64,000 nucleotides of DNA. It comes from Solirubrobacteraceae bacterium (lineage in GTDB: Bacteria; Actinomycetota; Thermoleophilia; Solirubrobacterales; Solirubrobacteraceae). The notes under the pieces were generated by a model. It saw only the letters and a list, made by a program, of their open reading frames with translations, was not told the DNA's origin and did no database searches. Position 1 is the first letter of the stretch; each line of letters begins with the position of its first letter. The stretch lies in contig DATBBF010000020.1 in assembly GCA_036271135.1 (NCBI GenBank), forward strand, positions 37,701-101,700, read 5' to 3'. This document shows positions 39,418 through 48,221 of the stretch, piece by piece. A program made the position numbers and the translations under genes.

Positions 39418-41220
39418 GTGGAGTCGTCGGAGACCCTCGTCCAAGCCAGCAAAGGGCCCGATGCCACCGGGGTGGCTCCCCGCGCGCGCTCGCCGCGGAT
39501 CTCCCGGCGCGCTTCGGCAGAATCCGTCGCCGAGGAGGGGGTGGTCCTTGGTCGCTACCGGCTGCTGGAACGCCTCGGGGCCGGCGGCTTCGGCGTCGTC
39601 TGGCGCGCGCACGACGAGCTGCTGGGCCGCGAGGTCGCCGTCAAGCGGATCTGGCTCGGCCCGGACGGAGATGCCGACCGCGCCGCTCGTGAGGCCCAGG
39701 CGACCGCCCGTCTCTCCCACCCGGCGATCGTCGCCCTGTATGAGGCCTGCCCCCAGGGCGAGGCCTTCTACCTGATCTCCGAGCTCGTCCACGGGCAGAC
39801 GCTTGGGTCGCTGATCGCCGCCGACGAGCTCGAGGACGAGCAGATCGTCGCAATCGGCCTCGATCTCGCCGTCGCGCTTGAGCATGCCCACAGCCGCGGG
39901 GTCATCCATCGTGACATCAAGCCCCAGAACGTCCTGATCCCCGACACCCCTCTGTCGCGTGCTGCCGGCGAGCGCCCTGTCGCCGCCAAGCTGACGGACT
40001 TCGGAGGCGCCAGCATCGCCGAGGAGGACGCTCTGACACGCACTGGCGATGTGCTCGGCACTCTCGCCTACATGGCGCCCGAGCAGAGCGAGGGTCGCGA
40101 GGTGGGGGAGGAGGCCGATCTCTACTCCCTGTCGCTCGTCCTCTACGAGGCGCTCTGTGGAGAGAACCCCGTACGGGGTGCGACGCCCGCCGCTACCGCC
40201 CGCCGCATCGGCAGCCGTCTTGAGTCCCTCGGTCGTCGCCGTCGCGATCTGCCCCGCGAGCTGACGCTCGCTCTCGACGACGCGCTCGACCCGGACCCTG
40301 CTCGTCGCGGCACGCTCGAAGATCTGCGCTACGGGCTCGAGGAAACGCTCGAGGAGGGTCTGCTCGAGCAGCCTCGCAGGATCTCGCGCGCGGTCAGGCG
40401 CGACAGTCGGACCCTGCTGGTCCCGAGAGCCACTCGCGTACGTGAGCCGCGGCGAGCGCTCCCGGAGCCCGCTCAGCCGCACGAGCCCAGCCTGCTCCTC
40501 GAGCATGAGCAGGCTCACCCCAGGCAGGGCCGACTACCGGCCCCTGATCACGGCGGACTTCCCCGGACGCTCTGGATCGCCCTCGCTCTCGCCGCGATCG
40601 TCTGGCAGGCGGTCGTCGGCCATCCTGGCGTGGGCCTGCTGCTGGGCGCCGCCCTGCTGCCGCTGGCGGCGATGCCGCCCGAGCCCTACTCGCGGCGGAT
40701 CTCCCCGGTGTGGCTGAGCTGCCTGCTGGCGCCGGCGCTCGGCGTGGTGGGGCTGGCGGGCGTCTTCCCGGCGATAGCCGGGCAGGCGAGTGGCTGGCGC
40801 AAGCGGCTCGTGCTCGGCGCGCTCGGCTACTGGTGGACGGCACTCGCCGAGCCGCTGCTGGCACGCAGGCTGTGGCTCGGGGCGCCCGCGGGGACGCCCT
40901 CCCGGGACGTCTGGGAGCCGTCGATATCGAGCGCCGCCTCCCACGTCCTCGGGCCGATGCTCAGCACCGGCGTCCTGCTCGGCGCGCTCCTGTGGGGCGT
41001 TGGCGCGCTGCTGTTGCCCTGGCTCGTGCGCGGCGTCCACGCTGCTGTGGATGTCGTCGCCGTGGGCATCTGGTCGGTGGCTCTCGTGCTTGCCGCTCCG
41101 GTGCTGGACTCCGGGCTGTCGGGCGCCGCCGTGCATCCCACGCCGCGCGGCGCCGTGCTCGGTGCGCTCGCCGGGGCGCTGCTCGCCGTCGGCACCCGCG
41201 CCCTGCGCGGTCCCGCGTGA
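39418..41220 (+). CDS. Hanks-type Ser/Thr protein kinase fused to a C-terminal polytopic membrane domain
   Basis: GAGGFGVVWRA P-loop, VAVKRI, HRDIKPQNVLI, TDFGGA and YMAPEQ motifs. The C-terminal ~230 aa contain about 6-7 hydrophobic helices. The start is uncertain (GTG at 39418). Confidence 0.85.
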   Translation: MESSETLVQASKGPDATGVAPRARSPRISRRASAESVAEEGVVLGRYRLLERLGAGGFGVVWRAHDELLGREVAVKRIWLGPDGDADRAAREAQATARLSHPAIVALYEACPQGEAFYLISELVHGQTLGSLIAADELEDEQIVAIGLDLAVALEHAHSRGVIHRDIKPQNVLIPDTPLSRAAGERPVAAKLTDFGGASIAEEDALTRTGDVLGTLAYMAPEQSEGREVGEEADLYSLSLVLYEALCGENPVRGATPAATARRIGSRLESLGRRRRDLPRELTLALDDALDPDPARRGTLEDLRYGLEETLEEGLLEQPRRISRAVRRDSRTLLVPRATRVREPRRALPEPAQPHEPSLLLEHEQAHPRQGRLPAPDHGGLPRTLWIALALAAIVWQAVVGHPGVGLLLGAALLPLAAMPPEPYSRRISPVWLSCLLAPALGVVGLAGVFPAIAGQASGWRKRLVLGALGYWWTALAEPLLARRLWLGAPAGTPSRDVWEPSISSAASHVLGPMLSTGVLLGALLWGVGALLLPWLVRGVHAAVDVVAVGIWSVALVLAAPVLDSGLSGAAVHPTPRGAVLGALAGALLAVGTRALRGPA

Positions 41221-41303
41221 GGGTGGCCCGACCACCCCAGTGTGCGTAGCATGGCTTGCAGGATCGCCGCCGGCTGGCCGCCGCGGTCCGCTACTACCCA
41301 CCG

Positions 41304-42095
41304 ATGAACCTGCTCAAGAGCGTCGAGAACACCATCGCGAGACTCGTCGAGGGCTCGTTCGGCCGCGCCTTCCGCTCGGAGGTGCGCCCGATCGAGCTCG
41401 CCCGCAAGCTGGCCCGCGAGATGGACGCCCACCGCACCGTCTCGGTGTCCCGTGTCTATGCCCCCAACGAGTTCGTCGTCTGGCTCTCGCCTGAGGACCG
41501 CGAGCGCTACGAGGGCGTCGAAGGGGAGGTGATCGACGAGCTTTGCGCCTATCTGCTCGAGCACGCCCGTACCGAGGATCTGATCCTTGCGGGTGGCGTC
41601 AAGATCGAGTTCGACACCGACGAGCGCCTGACCCTCGGCGAGTTCGGCATTCAGGCGCGGTTGGTCCGGCCCGCCGGTCAGAGTGAGGCCGGGCGGCCAG
41701 GGGCCCCGCCCGCGGTCCCGTCCGGGCCCGCCGGTGCAGAGGAGCACGGCAAGACGATGATCTACAGCACCTCCGAGCGTGTACGCGGACCCGTCGAAGC
41801 CGCCCAGGGCCGCCCGGCCCGGGCGCTGCTGGCGGTCGGCGGTCGGCGGCTGATGGTGCCCCCGGCCGGGGGCACGATCGGTCGCGGCCGCGACTGCGAT
41901 CTGGTGCTCGACGACACCGGTATCTCCCGTCGCCACGCCGAGATCCGCCTCGGCCCCGACGGCTGGGAGATCGAGGACCTCGGCTCGACCAACGGCGTTC
42001 TCGTCAACGGCCACGTGATCCACTCGCGCCAGCTGCTCGAGGCCGGCGATCGCGTCGAGCTGGGCTCCACCGAAGCGCGGTTCGAACTGGGATGA
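41304..42095 (+). CDS. fhaA: FhaA-like protein (DUF3662 N-terminal domain + C-terminal FHA domain)
   Basis: ATG at 41304 (MNLLKSVENTIARLVEGSFGRAFRSEVRPIELARKLAREMD). C-terminal FHA motifs (IGRGRDCDLVLDDTGISRRHAEI...STNGVLVNG). Confidence 0.85.
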   Translation: MNLLKSVENTIARLVEGSFGRAFRSEVRPIELARKLAREMDAHRTVSVSRVYAPNEFVVWLSPEDRERYEGVEGEVIDELCAYLLEHARTEDLILAGGVKIEFDTDERLTLGEFGIQARLVRPAGQSEAGRPGAPPAVPSGPAGAEEHGKTMIYSTSERVRGPVEAAQGRPARALLAVGGRRLMVPPAGGTIGRGRDCDLVLDDTGISRRHAEIRLGPDGWEIEDLGSTNGVLVNGHVIHSRQLLEAGDRVELGSTEARFELG

Positions 42096-42595
42096 ACAGC
42101 CTCGACCCGGCATCCGTCGCGCTGAAGTTCGGCTTCCTCGCGGTCATGTATCTATTCCTGCTGTGGGTTGCCCGCAGCGCCCGGCGCGACCTGCGGGGTA
42201 GCCCGGCGGTACGCCAGGAAGCGAGCGTTCCGGAGGCCCCGCCGGATGCGACGGGCATGTACTCGGCCTCGGCCCTGGGCCCGGTCGACTACGCCGGACG
42301 CGCTCCACGGCTGGTCGTCGAGCGCGCCCCGGGCCACGAGGAAGGAATGATCTACGACCTCGACGAGGACCTCGTCCTCGGCCGCGGCGACAACGCTCAG
42401 ATTCGTCTGGAGGACCCCTTCGCGTCCTCCCGGCATGCCCGGATCTACGAGCAGGGCAACAGCGTCGTCGTCGAAGATCTTCATTCGACTAACGGCACCT
42501 ATCTCAACGAGGAGCTGCTGCAGACGCCGCGGCCACTGCACCCCGGCGATCGCGTACGGATCGGCGACAGCGAATTCGTCTTCGAGGTCGACTGA
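42092..42595 (+). CDS. fhaB: FhaB/FipA-like membrane-anchored FHA domain protein
   Basis: N-terminal TM (ALKFGFLAVMYLFLLWV) plus an FHA domain (LGRGDNAQIRLEDPFASSRHARI...STNGTYLNE). ATGA overlap with fhaA. Confidence 0.85.
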   Translation: MNSLDPASVALKFGFLAVMYLFLLWVARSARRDLRGSPAVRQEASVPEAPPDATGMYSASALGPVDYAGRAPRLVVERAPGHEEGMIYDLDEDLVLGRGDNAQIRLEDPFASSRHARIYEQGNSVVVEDLHSTNGTYLNEELLQTPRPLHPGDRVRIGDSEFVFEVD

Positions 42596-42607
42596 GATGG
42601 TCGTTGG

Positions 42608-43822
42608 ATGCTGAGGGTCGCCGAGCACTACTCGGGCAGCGATACCGGGCGCCAGCGCCGCGCGAACGAGGACTCCCTGATGGTCCGTTCGCCGTTGTTC
42701 GTCGTGGCCGACGGGATGGGCGGGGCGCAGGCCGGCGAGGTCGCCTCGAAGGTCGCTGCCGAGACCTTCCAGGAGGGCCTGCCCGACGGTGGCGAGCCCG
42801 AGGGCGCGCTAGCCGCACTCGTTCAGCAGGCCAACGCTCGGATCTACGAGCTCTCCCACACGAACGCCGAGCACGCCGGTATGGGCACGACTCTCACGGC
42901 GATCTACGTCGGCGAGCACGAGGTGGCCATCGCCCATGTCGGCGACAGTCGCGCCTATTGCCTGCGCGACGGGCAGCTGCTGCGCCTGACCGACGACCAC
43001 TCACTGGTCGACGAGCTGCTGCGACAGGGGCGCCTGACGCCCGAGGAAGCGATCGAGCATCCGCAGCGGTCGGTCATCACGAGGGCACTGGGGATCGAGG
43101 GCGTCGTCGAGGTCGACACCCGCTCGCTCAGAGGTCTGGACGGCGACGTCTACCTGATCTGCTCGGACGGTCTGACGACGATGCTCTCCGAGCAGCTGAT
43201 CGCCGAAGTGCTGATCTCCCAGCCTCGTCTGCGCGACGCCGGCGAGGCGCTGATCGCCGCCGCCAACCAGGCGGGAGGCCGGGACAACATCACTGTCATC
43301 CTCCTGCGGCTGGAGGAGGTCGGCGTATCGGAGCCCGCGGTGGACCAGCCGACGCTGACGGGCATCCCGGTCGTCGAGACGCCGCCGACGACCGCGCGAC
43401 GCGCCGAAGGCCAGACCGGTGTGCCGGCGCGGGAGTCGCCCATGTCCATGGCGGGCGCCCGGCGTCCTCGCGGTCCCGCGGCGCGCTCCGGATCAAGGCG
43501 CCGGCGACGCTTCGGCGCTCGCCATGCCGGCAAGCTGGCGGCGGTGCTCGTCGTGTTGGGCCTGCTTGGCGCGGGTGCCTTCCTGGCCCTGCAGTCGATC
43601 TACTTCATCGGCACCAACGAACGAGGTCTCGTCACCCTCTACCAGGGCGTGCCCTTCGCGCTGCCCGGCAACGTCGATCTCTACAGCAGCCAGTACGTCT
43701 CGGGGGTCAGCGCCTCGACGATCCGCCCACAGCGGCGAAGCACGCTGCTCGACCACACGCTCCGCTCCGAAGGCAAGGCCGCCTCGCTGATCCGAAGCCT
43801 CGAACTCGACCAGCTGGAATGA
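42608..43822 (+). CDS. pstP: PP2C-family Ser/Thr phosphatase with TM and extracellular tail
   Basis: RRANEDS, VADGMGGAQAGEVAS, GDSRAY, CSDGL and GGRDNITV motifs, then the TM LAAVLVVLGLLGAGAFLAL. Confidence 0.9.
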   Translation: MLRVAEHYSGSDTGRQRRANEDSLMVRSPLFVVADGMGGAQAGEVASKVAAETFQEGLPDGGEPEGALAALVQQANARIYELSHTNAEHAGMGTTLTAIYVGEHEVAIAHVGDSRAYCLRDGQLLRLTDDHSLVDELLRQGRLTPEEAIEHPQRSVITRALGIEGVVEVDTRSLRGLDGDVYLICSDGLTTMLSEQLIAEVLISQPRLRDAGEALIAAANQAGGRDNITVILLRLEEVGVSEPAVDQPTLTGIPVVETPPTTARRAEGQTGVPARESPMSMAGARRPRGPAARSGSRRRRRFGARHAGKLAAVLVVLGLLGAGAFLALQSIYFIGTNERGLVTLYQGVPFALPGNVDLYSSQYVSGVSASTIRPQRRSTLLDHTLRSEGKAASLIRSLELDQLE

Positions 43823-43832
43823 GTGGGCGCCT

Positions 43833-45269
43833 GTGAACCGGCCGATCGTTCGCCTCTACGGCCTGGTGGTCGTGCTATTCGCCGTGCTCGTCGGCTTCAC
43901 CTCGCGCTGGACGATCTTCCAGGCTTCCTCGCTGCGCGAAAACAGCCTCAATCGGCGTGGTCTGCTTGAGCAGCAGCGGATCGCCCGTGGGCCGATCCTC
44001 GCCTCCGACGGGACCGTTCTGGCGCACAGCAAACGTGGTGCCGAAGGCGTCTACGAACGCAGCTACCCGACTGGCAGCCTGTTCGGGAACACCGTCGGCT
44101 ACTACTTCACCAACCGAGGCGCCGCCGGCCTGGAGCGCTTCCGCAGCGCCGCTCTCAACGGTCAGACCGACACCGGCCTGCAGGCGATCCTCGACCAGCT
44201 CCAAGGCCACAAACCGACCGGTGAGAAGGTGCTCACGACGCTCGACCCCAAGGCCCAGCGCGTCGCCGTCGAAGCGCTCGGCGAACACAAGGGCGCCGTC
44301 GTCGCCTTGGAACCACGAAGTGGAGCGGTCACCGTGATGGCCTCCTCGCCGAGCTACAACCCCAACTCCGTACGCTCGACCGCCTCCTACGAACGGCTCG
44401 CCCACGACAGCCAGGGGCAGCCGCTCGTCAATCGCGCGCTGCAGTTCGGCTACGCCCCCGGATCGACCTTCAAGGTCGTGACCGCAACCGCCGCGATCGA
44501 CACAGGCGCCTATACGCCCTCCTCGACCGTCAGCGGCCGCGACGGCGTCGTCGTCTCCGGCGTGCCGCTCGCCAACGACAACCACGAGAACTTCGGGCAG
44601 ATATCTCTGACCGAGGCGCTGGCGCGCTCGGTCAACACCGTCTGGGCACAGGTTGCCGAGCACGTCGGCAAGGCCACCCTGGCGCGCTACATGAGCCGCT
44701 TCGGCTTCGACCGCAAGCCGCGCCTGGACTATCCCGCGACGGAAATGTCGAGCAGTGGCGAGCGGGAAGGCGAAACGTTGATCGCGCCGACCAGCGACAA
44801 GGTCGACATCGGGCGCATGGGGATCGGCCAGGACAAACTCGCCGTCACGCCCCTGCAGATGGCCGAGGTCGCCTCGGCCGTCGCCGACCGTGGCACGCTG
44901 ATGGTCCCCCATCTGACCGGCCGGATCGTCAACTCCGAAGGGCAGACCGTCGACCGCGTCAAGCCGCAGGTCCAATCGCAAGTCATGAAACCCGCCACCG
45001 CCGCCGCCGTGACGAGCATGATGGAAGCCGTCGTCAACGAAGGCACGGGGACCTCCGCGCAGATCCCCGGCATCCAGGTCGCCGGCAAGACCGGCACCGC
45101 CGAAACGCAGATCGGGACCGCCATCAACAACGTCTGGTTCATCGCCTTCGCCCCCGCTCAGAACCCACGTGTGGCGATCGCCGTGACCTTGAAGGGAGTG
45201 CCCGGCCAGGGCGCCGCCTTCGCTGCCCCCGTCGCTCGCCAGGTGATCGAACGGCTGCTCCATGATTGA
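43833..45269 (+). CDS. pbpA: class B penicillin-binding protein (transpeptidase)
   Basis: N-terminal TM and catalytic triad motifs STFK (GSTFKVVTA), SVN (ARSVNTV) and KTGTA. Confidence 0.9.
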   Translation: MNRPIVRLYGLVVVLFAVLVGFTSRWTIFQASSLRENSLNRRGLLEQQRIARGPILASDGTVLAHSKRGAEGVYERSYPTGSLFGNTVGYYFTNRGAAGLERFRSAALNGQTDTGLQAILDQLQGHKPTGEKVLTTLDPKAQRVAVEALGEHKGAVVALEPRSGAVTVMASSPSYNPNSVRSTASYERLAHDSQGQPLVNRALQFGYAPGSTFKVVTATAAIDTGAYTPSSTVSGRDGVVVSGVPLANDNHENFGQISLTEALARSVNTVWAQVAEHVGKATLARYMSRFGFDRKPRLDYPATEMSSSGEREGETLIAPTSDKVDIGRMGIGQDKLAVTPLQMAEVASAVADRGTLMVPHLTGRIVNSEGQTVDRVKPQVQSQVMKPATAAAVTSMMEAVVNEGTGTSAQIPGIQVAGKTGTAETQIGTAINNVWFIAFAPAQNPRVAIAVTLKGVPGQGAAFAAPVARQVIERLLHD

Positions 45270-47190
45270 TCCCGAGACGATCATCGACGGGCGCTACCGC
45301 GTCCTCTCCCGGCTCGGCTCGGGCGGCATGGCCGACGTCTACCTGGCCCAGGACCAGCTGCTCGGCCGCGAGGTCGCCGTCAAGGTCCTGCACCATCACT
45401 TCGCCGAAGACCAGGAGTTCGTCGAGCGGTTCAAGCGCGAGGCTTCCAGCGCCGCCGCGCTGTCGCACCCGAACATCGTCGCGATCTTCGACCGCGGTGA
45501 GTGGAACGGGACCTACTACATCGCGATGGAGTACGTGGCCGGCCGCTCGCTGAAGGCGCTCGTGCGCGAAACCGGGCCGCTGGAGCCGGCGCTTGCGATC
45601 GAGACCGTCATCCAGATCCTGCGCGCGGCCCGCTTCGCCCACCGCCGCGGCGTGATCCACCGCGACCTGAAGCCCCACAACGTGCTGCTCGACGAAGAGG
45701 GGCGTGCGCGGGTCACGGACTTCGGCATCGCCCGGGCTGGCGCCTCCGACATGACGCTGACCGGCTCGATCATGGGTACCGCCCAATATCTCTCGCCCGA
45801 GCAGGCGCAGGGCTACGCTGTCAGCGCGGCCTCAGACATCTACTCGGTCGGCGTGATCCTCTACGAGCTGTTGACCGGTGTCGTGCCCTTCGAGGGCGAG
45901 ACGGCCGTGGCGATCGCCTTCAAGCAGGTCTCGGCGACGCCGCGCCCGCCCAGCGAGCTGAACCCCGCGCTGCCGCCCTCGCTCGACGCGGTCGTGCTGC
46001 GGGCGCTGGCCAAGGACCCGATCGAGCGCTTCGCCGATGACGACGAGCTGATCTCGGCGCTGGAGCGCGAGCGCGAGGCGCTGCCGGGCGGCGGGGACTA
46101 CATCGAGCCTCATCGACCCGCCGAGCAAGCCCCTCAGGAGCCGCCGACGGGGATCATGCTCGCGGCGCCCCTGCCCTACCCCGAGGAGCCACTCAGCAGC
46201 GAGGACGAGCAGCGGCGACGCCGAAACCGCCAGATCCTCTGGTGGAGCCTGGCGGCGCTTGCAGTCGCTGCCGCGGCCGTCGCTGTGGTGCTGCTCGTCT
46301 CCCGCGGCAAGGTGACCGTGCCGAACGTGACGGGGCAGAGCGAACAGGCCGCCGGAGCGACGCTGCGCCGCGCAGGACTCGACGCGGTGCCGTCGTTTCA
46401 GGCCAGCTCGACGGTTGCGAGCGGGCTCGTCATCAGCCAGACACCTACCGCCGGCACCAGAGTGGAAAAGGGCAGCCGCGTCGGTGTGATCGTCTCCGGC
46501 GGACCGGCCAGCGCCCCTGTCACCGACGTCGAAGGACTGAGCGCCGCAGACGCGTTGGCGCGATTGCGCAAGGCCGGGTTCAAGCCGACGACCACCAAGG
46601 AAACGAGCGCGACCGTCGCCGCCGGCAAGGTGATCGGAACCAACCCGCCCGCCGGCACCGAGAAGCAACTCGGCAGCCCCGTCGTCGTGCTGGTCTCCAG
46701 CGGCCCGGCGCCCGTGAAGGTTCCCGACGTCACCGGCCAGTCGCTGTCGGCGGCTGAAGCCACCCTGACGAATGCCGGGCTGACGGTCGGCACCGTCACG
46801 AAGAAGACCTCCGCCACCCAGGCTCCCGAAACGGTGCTCTCCCAGACCCCCGCGACCGGTGGCTCGGTGAAGGCAGCAAGCAAGGTCAACCTGACCGTCG
46901 CCCAGGCGCCCAAGGAAATCTCCGTCCCCGACGTCGTCGGGCAGAGTCAGACGCTCGCGGCCGTCGCGCTCGGACAGGCGGGCTTCAAGCCCAAGACCGC
47001 CTCGGCGCAGACAAGCGAAGCGGCTCAGGTCGGGGTGGTGCTGCGTCAGAACCCCGCCGCCGGCAGCCAGGCCCCGAAGGGCTCGGTCGTGACGATCACG
47101 ATCGGCGTGCTCGGTCCCGAACCGACACCCACGACGCCAACCACCACGACGACCACGACCACGACACCCCCGACGGGCGCCGGTGGCTGA
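45262..47190 (+). CDS. pknB: Ser/Thr protein kinase PknB with four extracellular PASTA domains
   Basis: GSGGMADVYLA, VAVKVL, HRDLKPHNVLL, DFGIA and SPEQ motifs, one TM, and four PASTA units (PNVTGQS..., TDVEGLS..., PDVTGQS..., PDVVGQS...). The tail is Thr/Pro-rich. Confidence 0.93.
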   Translation: MIDPETIIDGRYRVLSRLGSGGMADVYLAQDQLLGREVAVKVLHHHFAEDQEFVERFKREASSAAALSHPNIVAIFDRGEWNGTYYIAMEYVAGRSLKALVRETGPLEPALAIETVIQILRAARFAHRRGVIHRDLKPHNVLLDEEGRARVTDFGIARAGASDMTLTGSIMGTAQYLSPEQAQGYAVSAASDIYSVGVILYELLTGVVPFEGETAVAIAFKQVSATPRPPSELNPALPPSLDAVVLRALAKDPIERFADDDELISALEREREALPGGGDYIEPHRPAEQAPQEPPTGIMLAAPLPYPEEPLSSEDEQRRRRNRQILWWSLAALAVAAAAVAVVLLVSRGKVTVPNVTGQSEQAAGATLRRAGLDAVPSFQASSTVASGLVISQTPTAGTRVEKGSRVGVIVSGGPASAPVTDVEGLSAADALARLRKAGFKPTTTKETSATVAAGKVIGTNPPAGTEKQLGSPVVVLVSSGPAPVKVPDVTGQSLSAAEATLTNAGLTVGTVTKKTSATQAPETVLSQTPATGGSVKAASKVNLTVAQAPKEISVPDVVGQSQTLAAVALGQAGFKPKTASAQTSEAAQVGVVLRQNPAAGSQAPKGSVVTITIGVLGPEPTPTTPTTTTTTTTTPPTGAGG

Positions 47191-48211
47191 GGGGATGCCG
47201 CCCGCAGGAGCCCGTGATGCCCTGCACGTCGTCGTGCTTGCCGGCGGGCGCTCCTCCGAGCACGACGTCTCGCTGTCCTCCGCCGCGGCCGTCCGCGACG
47301 GCCTGGTCGCGGCCGGGCACCGGACCAGCTGGATCGAGATCGGTCGCGACGGACGCTGGCGTGAGGACGGCGCCACGGTCGCCGTGACGCCGGGCGAGGG
47401 GCTGGCCGGAGCCGACGTCGTGTTCGCCGCGCTGCACGGCCCGTTCGGCGAGGACGGCGCGGTTCAGGGGATGCTCGAGATGCTCGACGTGCCCTACGTC
47501 GGCGCGGGCGTAGCGGCCTCGGCGGTCTGCATGGACAAGGTGCTCTTCAAGGACCTGATGGTCACGCTCGGCTTGCCTCAGGTGGCCTACGCGGGCATCG
47601 GCGCTGCGCAGTTCGAGGCCGACCCGAGCGAGGCGATCGAGCGCGCCGCCGCCGTCGGCCTGCCGTCGTTCGTCAAGCCCGCGCACCTCGGCTCCTCGGT
47701 CGGGATCGTCAAGGCCGGCGCTCGCGAGGAGCTCGGCGCGGCCCTCGATGTGGCCTTTACGCACGACCCGCTGGCGATCGTCGAGGCGGCCGCGGCGGGG
47801 ATCGAGGTCGAGTGCGGGGTGCTCGAGGTCTCGCCCACCGAGGTGCTTGCCTCCGAGCCGGGCGAGATCGTCTTCGAGGGCGAGTTCTACGACTACGAGG
47901 CCAAGTACACGCCCGGTGGCATGGAGCTTTTGATGCCCGCCCGCATCTCCGCGGCCGCGCGCACCAGGGTCCGCGAGCTGGCCGGCGAGGTCTTCCGCGC
48001 CGTCGGCTGCGAGGGCCTCGCCCGCGTCGACTTCTTCGTCGACGGCGAGGAGGTGCTGGTCAACGAGCTGAACACGATGCCCGGCTTCACGCCGACGAGC
48101 GTCTACGCGAAGCTGCTGGAGGCCTCGGGGGTGTCCTACCCGGAGCTTGTCGACCGCCTTTGCCGGTTGGCCATCGCCCGGCACGCCGCCCAGTCCGCGC
48201 GCCGGCACTGA
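47183..48211 (+). CDS. ddl: D-alanine--D-alanine ligase
   Basis: VVVLAGGRSSEHDVSLSS N-terminus, ATP-grasp motifs (FVKPAHLGSSVGI, VNELNTMPGFT). The start is GTG at 47183, overlapping the pknB stop, or ATG at 47195. Confidence 0.9.
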   Translation: MAEGMPPAGARDALHVVVLAGGRSSEHDVSLSSAAAVRDGLVAAGHRTSWIEIGRDGRWREDGATVAVTPGEGLAGADVVFAALHGPFGEDGAVQGMLEMLDVPYVGAGVAASAVCMDKVLFKDLMVTLGLPQVAYAGIGAAQFEADPSEAIERAAAVGLPSFVKPAHLGSSVGIVKAGAREELGAALDVAFTHDPLAIVEAAAAGIEVECGVLEVSPTEVLASEPGEIVFEGEFYDYEAKYTPGGMELLMPARISAAARTRVRELAGEVFRAVGCEGLARVDFFVDGEEVLVNELNTMPGFTPTSVYAKLLEASGVSYPELVDRLCRLAIARHAAQSARRH

Positions 48212-48221
48212 GCCGGGCGGG

